DNA of 64,000 nucleotides, taken from assembly GCA_951406725.2 (NCBI GenBank), contig OX597814.1:58652001-58716000 (forward strand). The letters are read 5' to 3'. A program made the position numbers and the translations under genes. The notes beneath the pieces were generated by a model. It was not told the DNA's origin. It searched no databases and worked only from the letters and a program-made list of their open reading frames with translations. The stretch is from Octopus vulgaris (taxonomy: Eukaryota). Numbering within the stretch: position 1 is the stretch's first letter; every line of letters begins with the position of its first letter. Shown one piece after another: positions 28,325-38,759 of this stretch.

Positions 28325-29175
28325 TATAAAACAAAGTTATTGTATTCCACATGGGTAGAAATATAAGAACAGTAGATGTTGAAAATGCACTGAGAATAGT
28401 TAAAATATTTTTTATTAATAATATATTTAAGGCTTTACCCGGTTTTACAGTTTACACTGGTTTTCAAACAGTTCTAATAGAGAAACGTGGTTTATGTCGC
28501 AGCTGTCTTGCTTCTGACTAGTGTTTCAAGATTGCCCTATTTTTATAGGGAGTTCATGGCTCAAATTAGCATATGTCTTGAAGAGGATTTAATTAGTAGA
28601 GGATAGTCACATGATTGGTCTTAGAAATTTTTGTAGGTTTCCCGCTACGCCTGTGTGTTTCTGTCAAGTGACAATGTTTGGTGTCGTAAGTTAAGTCTGA
28701 CACTGTTGACTGCACATCCTAACAATCAATGCTTTGAATGTTTTCTGTCAAGTGTTTGTAGAGAATGAACACATGATTAAGTTTATAATCTTTTGTACGT
28801 TTCCCGCTACGTTCGTATGTAAGTATCACGTGACAGTACATTCTGCGCCTAAAAGAAGACCAACACGGCTGAGTGAATATGGTTAGTTATACCCAAGGCC
28901 CTCCAAATTTAATCTGTCTGGTGGGGGAGTAGACAAGCGCCGTTTGTATGTAGTCCAGTGGCTAAAAATTTAGGTTGTTAGCTGTGTAGGTTCCTCATGA
29001 GAAGTGGCAGAATGAATTTGTGTGAATGGTTATTTGTGTATCTACTCTGTTAAAGTTTGTTAAGTCTTGGTTTAAACCTTTGTATGATAGTATTTTCTTT
29101 GTTTATCCGTGCTTCATCTGTAGTATTCGCTGAACATAGGTAGAGCGGGAAAACCTGGAATTTGGGGGACAAGCA
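28325..29175 (-). mobile_element. Second 5'-truncated Penelope-like element (GIY-YIG tail plus 3' UTR)
   Basis: Minus strand PKFQVFPLYLCSANTTDEARINKENTIIQRFKPRLNKL* (about 29050-29167) aligns with the 26.2-kb peptide PGFRIFPLYQFRDDTTSRQRISKETLFITKYRPLLN. Degenerate hammerhead near 28433-28471. Confidence 0.8.
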
Positions 29176-29200
29176 TTATATATGTAGAAGTATATGTATA

Positions 29201-32004
29201 TGACGAAGTAGAAGGGGATAGAGCATCACAGGGAATAGAAGATAGCTGGACGTTTCTAAGGGACAACCTGCTGAGAGCCACTGACCAGATCTGTGGCTGG
29301 TGCAAAGTCCCCTCTCGACCTAGAATAACGTGGTGGTGGAACAATATTGTAGACAGGGCTATTAGAGAAAAGAGACAGGCTTGGAAGGTCTGGAAAAATG
29401 GGGGTAGCAGGGAATTGTATCAGACTGCCAAAAGAGAAGCTAGGAGACAGGTTTATTTAGCCAGAGGGGAAGCAGATAAGAAAAAATTTGCCAATGTTCT
29501 GCGCCGTGAGTACCAAAGACTGGAGGTGTTTCGGGTTGCAAGACAGTGTGTGAGAGAGAATCGTGATGTGGTAGGAGAGAAGTGTGTTCGCATGGAAGAT
29601 GGTTCACTTGCGCTAAATGAGGATGCAAACAGAGAGGTTTGGAGATGCCACTATGAAAGGTTGCTGAATGAAGAAAATGAATGGGATAAAGAGAGTCTGC
29701 CGAATGTTGACCCAACAGAGGGACCAGCTATCCGAGTTGATAGTTCCGTGGTAGCTAAGGCAATTAGAAGCATGAAGACAGGGAAAGCCCCAGGCCCATC
29801 AGGAATCACTGCAGAGATGCTCAAAATGTCTGGTAGTGTCGGCTATAGCCTAGTCACCCGTATAGTTAATCAGGTGATACACAAAGGGGTCATACCCAAT
29901 GACTGGTGTAGCAGTATAATAGTCAACTGCTACAAAGGTAAAGGTGATGCCCTAGATACAAATAACTACAGAGGTATCAAGCTGTTGGACCAGGTGATGA
30001 AGGTTACGGAGAGGGTCATAGCCCAACTAATTAGAGAGAGAGTTAGTTTAGATGAGATGCAGTTTGGGTTTGTGCCAGGGAAAAGTACTACTGATGCTAT
30101 ATTCCTGGTAAGGCAGCTGCAGGAGAAATACCTAGCCAAAGATAAGCCCCTGTACCTGGCTTTTGTTGACATGGAGAAAGCCTTCGACAGGGTCCCCCGA
30201 TCCCTTATCTGGTGGGCAATGAGGAAACTAGGGATAGATGAATGGTTAGTGAGAGCAGTGCGGGCCATGTATAGGGACGCCGCTAGTAGGGTGAGGGTTG
30301 GAAATGAGTACAGTGAAGAATTCCGGGTAGAGGTAGGAGTCCACCAAGGCTCAGTACTCAGCCCCCTCCTATTTATCATAGTCCTCCAGGCAATAACGGA
30401 GGAATTCAAGACAGGATGCCCTTGGGAGCTCCTCTATGCTGATGACCTTGCTCTAATTGCTGAGTCGCTATCAGAACTGGAGGAGAAGTTTCAGGTGTGG
30501 AAACAAGGATTAGAATCGAAGGGCCTCAGAGTCAATCTAGCTAAAACCAAAGTCGTAATCAGTAGGAAGGTAGACAAATCACAAACACCTTCAGGTAGAT
30601 GGCCCTGCTCGATCTGTAGAAAAGGTGTAGGTAGAAACTCTATAAGATGCACCAAGTGTAAGCTATGGACACATAAGAGATGCAGCAATGTCAAAGGAAG
30701 GCTAACTAGGAAGATGGTTTTTGTATGTGGCAGATGCTCAGGAACAATAAACACTGAAAATGCTCTGAGACCAACTTCCGTCACTTTCCAGGGAGAAAAA
30801 CTAGAAATAGTTGATAGTTTCCGTTACCTAGGTGACCAAGTAAGCAGCGGGGGCGGGTGTGCTGAAAGTGTAACTGCTAGAGTAAGAATAGCTTGGGCAA
30901 AGTTCAGAGAGCTCTTACCTCTGCTGGTGACAAAAGGCCTCTCGCACAGAGTGAAAGTCAGACTGTATGATGCGTGTGTACGAACAGCCATGCTACATGG
31001 CAGTGAAACATGGGCCGTGACTGCTGAGGATATGCGTAAGCTCGCTAGAAATGAAGCCAGTATGCTCCGATGGATGTGTAATGCCGGTACTCACACTCGG
31101 CAGAGTGTAAGTACCTTGAGAGAAAAGCTGGACCTAAGAAGCATCAGTTGTGGTGTGCAAGAGAGACGTTTGCGCTGGTATGGTCATGTGGCGAGAATGG
31201 ATGAAGATAGTTGTGTGAAAAAGTGCCACACCCTAGCGGTTGAGGGAACCTGTGGAAGAGGCAGACCCAGGAAAACCTGGGACGAGGTAGTGAAGCACGA
31301 CCTTCGAACTTTAGGTCTCACTGAGGAAATGACTAGAGACCGAGACCTCTGGAAGTGTGCTGTGCGCGAGAAGACCCGGCAGGACAAGTGAGTCCATAAC
31401 CCGTGGCCTTCTACATGGGATGGAGCCAGCCTATGTATGCATACCTTCCCTTCTTGGGACACAAAACTCTACTTGTGAAGACGTGTTGAGGCAAGTGAGG
31501 ATCAGAATCGAAATCGATCAATGGAAATTGCGGATGTGCTACCAGTGCCGGTGGCATGTCGAAACTCTGCTTGTGAAGACCCGTTGAGGCAAGTGAGGAT
31601 CAGAATCGAAATCGATCAATGGAAATCGATCAATGGAAATTGCAGATGTGTTACCAGTGCCGGTGGCATGTAAGAGAACTTTCCGTTTCGCGACCGTTGC
31701 CAGCACCGTTTCGTGTCCGTTGCCAGCCTCGCCTGGCCCTCGTGCCGGTGGCACATAAAAAGCACCATCCGTTCGTGGCCGTTTGCCAGCTCTGTCTGGC
31801 ACCAGTGCGGGTGGCACGTAAAAAGCACCCACTACACTCACGGAGTGGTTGGCGCCAGGAAGGGCATCCAGCCGTAGAAACACTGCCAGATTTGACTGGG
31901 CCTGATGAAGCCTTCTGGCTTCACAGACCCCAGTAGAACCGTCCAACCCATGCTAGCATGGAAAACAGACGCTAAACGATGATAATGATGATGATGATGA
32001 TGAT
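29201..32004 (+). mobile_element. 5'-truncated RTE-clade LINE with (GAT)n tail
   Basis: Uninterrupted RT frame, an approximately 600-nt 3' UTR and a (GAT)n tail at 31978-32004, flanked by TA-rich repeats. Confidence 0.93.
29202..31391 (+). CDS. LINE reverse transcriptase ORF, N-terminally truncated (no AP endonuclease), with an inserted Cys/His zinc finger
   Basis: Motifs KAPGPSGI, NYRGIKLL, QFGF, FVDMEKAFDRV, GVHQGSVLSP, LYADD, FRYLG, RLRWYGHV and RGRPRKTW. The frame is already open from 29202 (DEVEG...WWWNN), upstream of the TTG called in the ORF track. Confidence 0.95.
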   Translation, partial: DEVEGDRASQGIEDSWTFLRDNLLRATDQICGWCKVPSRPRITWWWNNIVDRAIREKRQAWKVWKNGGSRELYQTAKREARRQVYLARGEADKKKFANVLRREYQRLEVFRVARQCVRENRDVVGEKCVRMEDGSLALNEDANREVWRCHYERLLNEENEWDKESLPNVDPTEGPAIRVDSSVVAKAIRSMKTGKAPGPSGITAEMLKMSGSVGYSLVTRIVNQVIHKGVIPNDWCSSIIVNCYKGKGDALDTNNYRGIKLLDQVMKVTERVIAQLIRERVSLDEMQFGFVPGKSTTDAIFLVRQLQEKYLAKDKPLYLAFVDMEKAFDRVPRSLIWWAMRKLGIDEWLVRAVRAMYRDAASRVRVGNEYSEEFRVEVGVHQGSVLSPLLFIIVLQAITEEFKTGCPWELLYADDLALIAESLSELEEKFQVWKQGLESKGLRVNLAKTKVVISRKVDKSQTPSGRWPCSICRKGVGRNSIRCTKCKLWTHKRCSNVKGRLTRKMVFVCGRCSGTINTENALRPTSVTFQGEKLEIVDSFRYLGDQVSSGGGCAESVTARVRIAWAKFRELLPLLVTKGLSHRVKVRLYDACVRTAMLHGSETWAVTAEDMRKLARNEASMLRWMCNAGTHTRQSVSTLREKLDLRSISCGVQERRLRWYGHVARMDEDSCVKKCHTLAVEGTCGRGRPRKTWDEVVKHDLRTLGLTEEMTRDRDLWKCAVREKTRQDK

Positions 32005-32014
32005 ATATATATAT

Positions 32015-32827
32015 CTCGCGTCGATTCGATTCGTTTGGTTTGGTTTCGTTTCTTCTTCTTCTCTAAGCTGGTTTTTATATATAATTATGACGCGACACCC
32101 TATAACTCCTTCTTCTCTCTTTCTTTCACCCTCTTTGGCTTCCTTCCTCTCTATCTCTCTCTCTCTCCTCCTCATCTCTCTCACAGCCGGGTCGACGAAC
32201 TTTCTTTCGCTGGCGGCCTTCTTCAAGTAAACATGTTTCTTCCTGCGCTCGTTAAAATTTTTCCTCGTCTAGGGTTATAGGTCCTCATTATTTGTTTTCC
32301 TGTCCTGTTTTTATTCCTTCTTGTACTGTATTTTTTGTAATTGTATTTTTATTTCGTATTTGTTTTTAATTGTATTGTTTTTACGTCCTGTTTTTGTCAC
32401 ATTTTTTTCCTTGATTTTACCCCTCTGCAAAGGAATTTTATTTAATTCTTTCGCAGGAAGGACTTGTTCGATGAGACGTGTTCTGTCCTCACCTTCGAAA
32501 CACGCTGGAGTTGAACTAGGGACAGCTGATGAAGGGAATTTTTCCTTGTGTAGTTGTCTTGTACTCTGTTTTTTCGTTGTTAAAAAAATGGTCCGTTCCA
32601 TGCTGTTTTTACTTTTTCGTTTCTCGTTGAGTTCTACGTCTATTTGTGGTGTCCTGTACACACGTATATATATTTATATATGCATGTATATATACATGTA
32701 GATGTAGGTACGTATATATATGTTTGTATGAATGCATATATTTTATTTATTACACTATTGTATGACTGAGCGCCCTCGTGTCGATTCGTTCGTTTCGTTT
32801 CGTTTCTTCTTCTTCTCTAAGCTGGTT

Positions 32828-32828
<1 letters not shown>
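32015..32828 (+). mobile_element. Non-coding repeat element with about 55-bp direct terminal repeats and an internal permuted hammerhead (PLE/retrozyme-like)
   Basis: ctcg.gtcgattcg...gtttcttcttcttctctaagctggttt occurs at 32015-32073 and 32775-32828, flanked by (TA)n. Segment 32630-32772 is homologous to 63427-63549. Confidence 0.7.
32477..32536 (+). ncRNA. Putative non-circularly permuted (pseudoknotted) hammerhead ribozyme
   Basis: CGTG-T-T-CTGTCC ... C-GAA-A-CACG ... GGACAG-CTGATGA-A-GG. Stem III is CGTGT/ACACG, stem I is CTGTCC/GGACAG, and the core is intact. Stem II is weak. Confidence 0.65.
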
Positions 32829-32924
<96 letters not shown>

Positions 32925-33203
32925 GCATATTTGTTTGTATGTATTTGCATATTTGTGTGTACGCATTTGTGTGTGCGCATAAGTATCTCCCTTTCTGTGT
33001 ATAAATTTATGTTTGCATATGGGTCTACGTGTTTGTGTATGTGTACTTATGGGTGTATATATGTATGCTTTTGCGTATATTTGTATATGTGCATGTGCAT
33101 GTTTATATGTGGGTGTTTGTGTGTGTAGGTATAAGTGTGTATGGATAGGGATATATGTGTATCGCCCGTAATTTCGGTTTTTTGTCATTTAATTAAACAT
33201 TAG

Positions 33204-34290
33204 GGATCTTTTCCTTTTGATTGACGGAATTTTCTAGTTAACTAAACAATTTGAAACTTCGAATACTGGTAGAATGTGTCAAAAGAAAACATTATTGTAA
33301 ACCAAATTGAAAACCAAATTGTAATTTGTAAGTTTAACGTAGTTTAATTCTTCGAATTTTAACCAATGAAATGCCAGCATTTGAGCTGAAATCAATTGCT
33401 GCGTCTAAAAATGTAAACAGCACACACACACACACACACACACACATGTTATTCATCCTTCTCTCTTCTGTCTGTCTTCTGTCTTCTGTCTTCTGCATGT
33501 GCTAGAAATAACAGCTACATCTCTAAAATCGATGAATTTCGTCGCCCAATAAAAATATTAACGATATTTTTTGAATATTTTCTTTATTTTTTTTTCGTGA
33601 GTTCGCACGTCCCCTCTGTGTTTTTCCCCTTGCCGCAACAAATTTACACAAATGGTAAATAAACCAGAAGAGGGTGGGCAATGTTTTATCGTTTCGGGGT
33701 CGATGAATTAAGTACCAATTACGCACTGGTGTCGAGGAATTTTTCCCAATTTATATCACAGCCTCCGACAAGCTGGGGCATCCTTTAATGAAAAAATACT
33801 TACAAATTTTTACAATACGACCCACACTCCACGCGCACCCTCTACACCGATTTAGGCATATTATTGTTTTGTTTTTGTTGTTTCTGGCCCTTCAAAACCA
33901 TGGGAGAAGCCTTTTCGGTAAAATAAAATAATGGAAATGTACAAAAAATATCGTTAATATTTTTTATTGGGCGACGAAATTCATCGATTTAAGACATATA
34001 GCTGTTATTTCTAGCACATGCAGAAGACACAAGACAGAAGAGAGAAGGATGAATAACACGTGTGTGTGTGTGTGCTGTTTACATTTTTAGACGCAGCAAA
34101 TGATTTCAGCTCAAATGCTGGCATTTCATTGGTTAAAATTCGAAGAATTAAACTACGTTAAACTTACAAATTACAATTTGGTTTTCAATTTGGTTTACAA
34201 AATGTTTTCTTTTGACACATTCTATCAGTATACGAAGTTTCAAATTGTTTAGTTAACTAGAAAATTCCGTCCATAAAAAGGAAAAGATCC
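33204..34290. mobile_element. Foldback/MITE DNA transposon with about 370-bp TIRs (possibly Mutator-like)
   Basis: Starts GGATCTTTTCCTTTT and ends AAAAGGAAAAGATCC. Arms 33204-33580 and 33935-34290 are near reverse complements. Flanks aacattag / aaccatag may be a decayed TSD. Confidence 0.85.
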
Positions 34291-34405
34291 AACCATAGCA
34301 GTATAATTTTGTCTAGTTCGGAATTACCCTGCCCAATCTCTGATTAAATTACCACTACTAATGTGTGTGCAAATATATTTCCGGGGATATATGTGGGTGT
34401 ATGTT

Positions 34406-34495
<90 letters not shown>

Positions 34496-34499
34496 TTTA

Positions 34500-34625
34500 C
34501 TCTTTTACTATTTTACTTGTTTCAGTCATTTGACTGCGGCCATGCTGGAGCACAGCCTTTAATCGAGGAACTCGACCCCGGGACTTACATTCTTTGTAAG
34601 GCCAGTACTTATTCTATCGGTCTCT
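34500..34625 (-). mobile_element. SINE family B tail
   Basis: tttcagtcatttgactgcggccatgctggagcac is the reverse complement of the 27120 region. Confidence 0.75.
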
Positions 34626-34675
34626 TTTTTATTTATTTATTTATATATATGCGTATATATATCTATATACAGGGA

Positions 34676-34723
<48 letters not shown>

Positions 34724-34819
34724 GTCGTATGTAAACAAACAAGTTTGTTTTCGAAGCGTTGAAATGTATTGTAGGACAAGTACAAAGAGAAATTTTATTC
34801 AATGCATATATACTGAACA

Positions 34820-34861
<42 letters not shown>

Positions 34862-34862
34862 C

Positions 34863-35350
34863 TACTGTTCAGTATCTATGCGTTGAATAAAAATTTTCTT
34901 CCTTCTTGTTATATATACATATATATATAACATCTATATTCCTCCCTATGCCTGTGAAAACCTGTATACCTGCCGTAAGGCTTTACTTCCACACACGCCA
35001 GCTTAATTTAATACGTCCTTAGTCGAGAGATACCTGTTGTTATGTCCTGTTATTTGTATTTGTGTAACATTCTCCGTCTTTTTTCCGTCCTTGTTTTCGT
35101 ATGCATTCGCTGCTTTCCTCCAAAGAATCTAATGCTCTTAGCTTAGTTTTTTCCTTGAAGCTGGCCCGGGGGGAGCAATCTCGAGTATAACCAACAGAAA
35201 TTGCAAAGATAATATGGAACTCAACTGAGGAAAGAAAACTCCGATTGACCCGTTCTCGTTTTCTGTGTATCATCTATATGGATGTTTTGTAGCCCTTTTT
35301 TTTGTATCACCTAAATGTGTGGATTTTTGCGTTCTTCTCCCATTTTGGAT
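34863..35350 (+). mobile_element. Non-coding pyrimidine-rich repeat carrying a second permuted hammerhead, with a short inverted copy of its 5' end at 34790-34822
   Basis: Same architecture as 32015-32828. aaattttattcaatgcatatatactgaacagta is inverted to tactgttcagtatctatgcgttgaataaaaattt across a (TA)n run. Confidence 0.55.
35175..35234 (+). ncRNA. Putative non-circularly permuted hammerhead ribozyme (divergent, probably decayed copy)
   Basis: GCAA-T-C-TCGAGT ... GAA-A-TTGC ... ACTCAA-CTGAGGA. Stem III is GCAAT/ATTGC and stem I has 5 of 6 pairs. Stem II is not formed. Confidence 0.6.
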
Positions 35351-35391
35351 TTATATATACTATATATATATATTTACATACATACATGCAT

Positions 35392-35447
<56 letters not shown>

Positions 35448-36360
35448 GTATATGTAATTCATGTGGTTAGTTATAAGTGACATGTATCATGTTATACGCT
35501 CGAATAACTTTTATATAGTAGTATGTCGTGAACTACTCTGAAACCATTGAAGCAGTGCTCAGTTGTTATTTTACCGAATGTGATACATTGCTATATTTTC
35601 CAGGAAAATAATCCCACCTTGTTCACCTCTTCCATTTAACTATCCGGAATTTTCGCTCACTTCGTACCAACATCTGTAGTGAAGGTGATGGTGAATTCCA
35701 CATTACAATTACTTCTTTGAGAATATACAATATTGCCTTTCTTTTCAACTTTACCCATTACAAATGTAAGGCTGAACTTTAGCCTTAACCAGTCAGTAAA
35801 TTAGTTATCCAAGCACCTCAAAGAAAAGAATTGGTGTATATGGCTTTTGTATAAGCGAGAAAGAAGTTCATGTTAAAAGAAACATGCATATATATAAAAT
35901 TCAGGATTGTGAAATATTAATCAACAACATCTCCCATTCAAGTGAAGAAAATACAACATGCCACTACAAATAGACATGCATTCCTTCCTATGGAAGTGCA
36001 GAAGATTCTTCGAAATATATTAGGAAAAAATGTAAAACAGTCAAATTTTTACAAGTTCTGTATAACTATGTAAAACGAAGTGCTGAATCTACTCAGGCCA
36101 AGACAAAGTACAAACACTCTATATATATAGAGAGGGGTAGAGCGAAGGAGGGAGGAATAACAATGGAAAGAGGATGGCAGTAGGGAAGGACTAGAAGTGG
36201 TCATTTAGCAATGGCCAAGCTAATTGCATGCTCTAAATCACTGTGACGTATCTATTTAAACTAAACGAACTAAATTTCCTTATACAAAAAAATCTACAGA
36301 GATACAACAGAATCATGCCAAAACAGAGAAGTACTACAAAATATGATTTCATATTTTAAA

Positions 36361-36393
<33 letters not shown>

Positions 36394-36450
36394 ATCATCA
36401 TCATCATCATCATCATAATCATCATTATTATTATTATTGGTATTACGAAC

Positions 36451-36543
36451 CAGTAGTGGCTTTGCGTTCTGATCGCTCTCTTCTTGGCTAGACAGTTTGA
36501 ATCTGATGTAGGATGAGTTAGACTGGGAGGAGCACGGCACAAA
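36451..36543 (-). CDS. Probable internal exon of the receptor intracellular loop (FVPCSSQSNSSYIRFKLSSQEESDQNAKPLL)
   Basis: Strong acceptor ttttcgttttgttacag| and donor CTG|GTTCGT. It is 93 nt and phase 0-0, joining the M3 exon and terminal exon in frame. GC-rich, non-repetitive island. Confidence 0.6.
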
Positions 36544-36615
36544 CTGTAACAAAACGAAAACTATAAGCAATCAACGAATAAGCAAGGGAGGGGAAAAGCT
36601 GTTTGGTATATTTTT

Positions 36616-36666
<51 letters not shown>

Positions 36667-36668
36667 TA

Positions 36669-36699
<31 letters not shown>

Positions 36700-38759
36700 G
36701 CATGTATGTATGTGTGTGTTTGTATATATATATATTCATACATATATTATTATAGTTATATAATTTTATATGTACATATAAAACAAGGTCAAATACATGC
36801 ACGAAGATGATGGGCCTGGAATTGCCCGATAAACCTATGTTCCCCAATAATTGCCCAATACAAAATTAATCATACATACGCGATTGCATACACATAAACG
36901 AAATATAGACGCACATATTTATTCGTCTATATCTGCGGCTATATGACTAGTAATCTATTCGTGTATACTGGAATAACGTTGAAGGAAAAATCCTTACTCA
37001 ATTTGTAGGCACAAATCAGTCATGTTATTGTTAATAAAAACAAAGTAGTTGGATGTATTTTTATGTCTCCAGAATATTGCATGTTGCTCTTAGGAGCTTG
37101 TCAATTAGTTTTATATATTAAATAACATATTCATAATTTCATTTGGACGAAACATTTATTTAATTCTATAACAGATATATATCAAGAAAAATTATGTTTA
37201 TAACAATATTTACGGAAAGACGAGAAAGTCAATTACAAAAATTAAATAATATCGTAAAATTGTGTGGCAATACATATACATATATATATATATATATGTA
37301 CATAAGCGAGCGCATGAGGAAAGAAGAATATGAATATATATAGCATATGAAATATAAATTAAAAAATATATACACGAAATAAAAAAGAACCGAATAAAGG
37401 GGACTGAAACAACAATAAATAAAGTTAACGGTAAAGAATTTTGTAAATACCAAGTGTAAAAAATTGCTTATTCTAAAGATAGATAATTACGTTTTGCAAC
37501 ATACTAGATTTATCACATGAAGATCGAATTAGGAGGAGACAACTTCCATTCAATGAACGTTTTAGTGTAAGGTTTACAACTCGCCTGTCACTTGAAGATT
37601 AACAACGTTGTATTTGAACACAGAGTTCCTTATTTCCTTAAACGTAACAAGCATTGTTTTTCTTTGTTTTTGTTGTCCCGTCTTAGGTCATACTAGTTCA
37701 ACTTTTCTTAGAAATGTATTTAATTTGTTTTACTTCATAATACTTCTTTATTTTTGCCAGGTTACTAATAAAATATTTCATCAATATTTGACGGATGACT
37801 TTTAAGAATTCTATGAATTGATTGCACAATTGCAAAATTTATTTTAAATAATTCTGTACCTTGATCCTGTTTCTCTTCTTTTAACTATCTTTTTTATATA
37901 TTTATTCTTTTCTTTTATTCATTCTTTCGATGTTTTGTAGCAGATCTCAAGGAAACTATACTTCAGTACAATATATTTTCTCCAGCCTTATATGATTCAT
38001 ATATCATTAACACACGGGCCTTGTAAAATACCATGTCATATATATATATATATAGATTGATTGATACATCTTAATCAACGATCGAAGTTAAGGGCCAATG
38101 TCCATTTAGCGGGGTCTCTGAAACCAGTGGCGATAGGAATAATCAACTGATAATTATTTCTCTTACCATATTAAATCAAAGAACATCAAGATATCGATTA
38201 ATTTTCTCACAAAAAATCTGCTTTTTCCCAATTGCTACGAATTGATATAACAACAGACATCTTTTTCTTACAAATGTTTTTCTTTGTTATTTTTTCAAAT
38301 TGCTGATAGCCATTGAACTCTATACCTCTTTCACCATATGGGAAAGTTTACCGCCTCTGCTGTCCATGTTTTTAATTAGAACTTTTAGCTGGCGATATAA
38401 TTTCAGTTCAAAAGGTTCCAAATGAGTTAAACTGATGTACTTATTGGCATTCCAGTATAAAGATACTGATTTTAATTTCAAAGTTGAAACGCATACAAGG
38501 AGAGTATATTTGGAAGAACCCTCATATCTATTGTTACTCTTCTTCCAGCTTATGAGGTATTTGCAGCTTTTTTTGCAAGGAAACATCGTAGTGACTCCGG
38601 ATGTATTTTTGTTGCAATAATGTAAATGAAATTGCGCTTAAAAATGTAAACCGTAAGAAATTGTGAACATATTTTAAACACTAAATTACAGTTGTACCCT
38701 CTAAAAAATAGAAAAGAAACATAATTTCTACACTAGAGTTGGAGATCCATGAATACATT

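Noticed and set aside
31464-31820. CRISPR-like array
   Set aside because: Eukaryotic LINE 3' UTR with irregular spacing, duplicated spacers and no cas genes.
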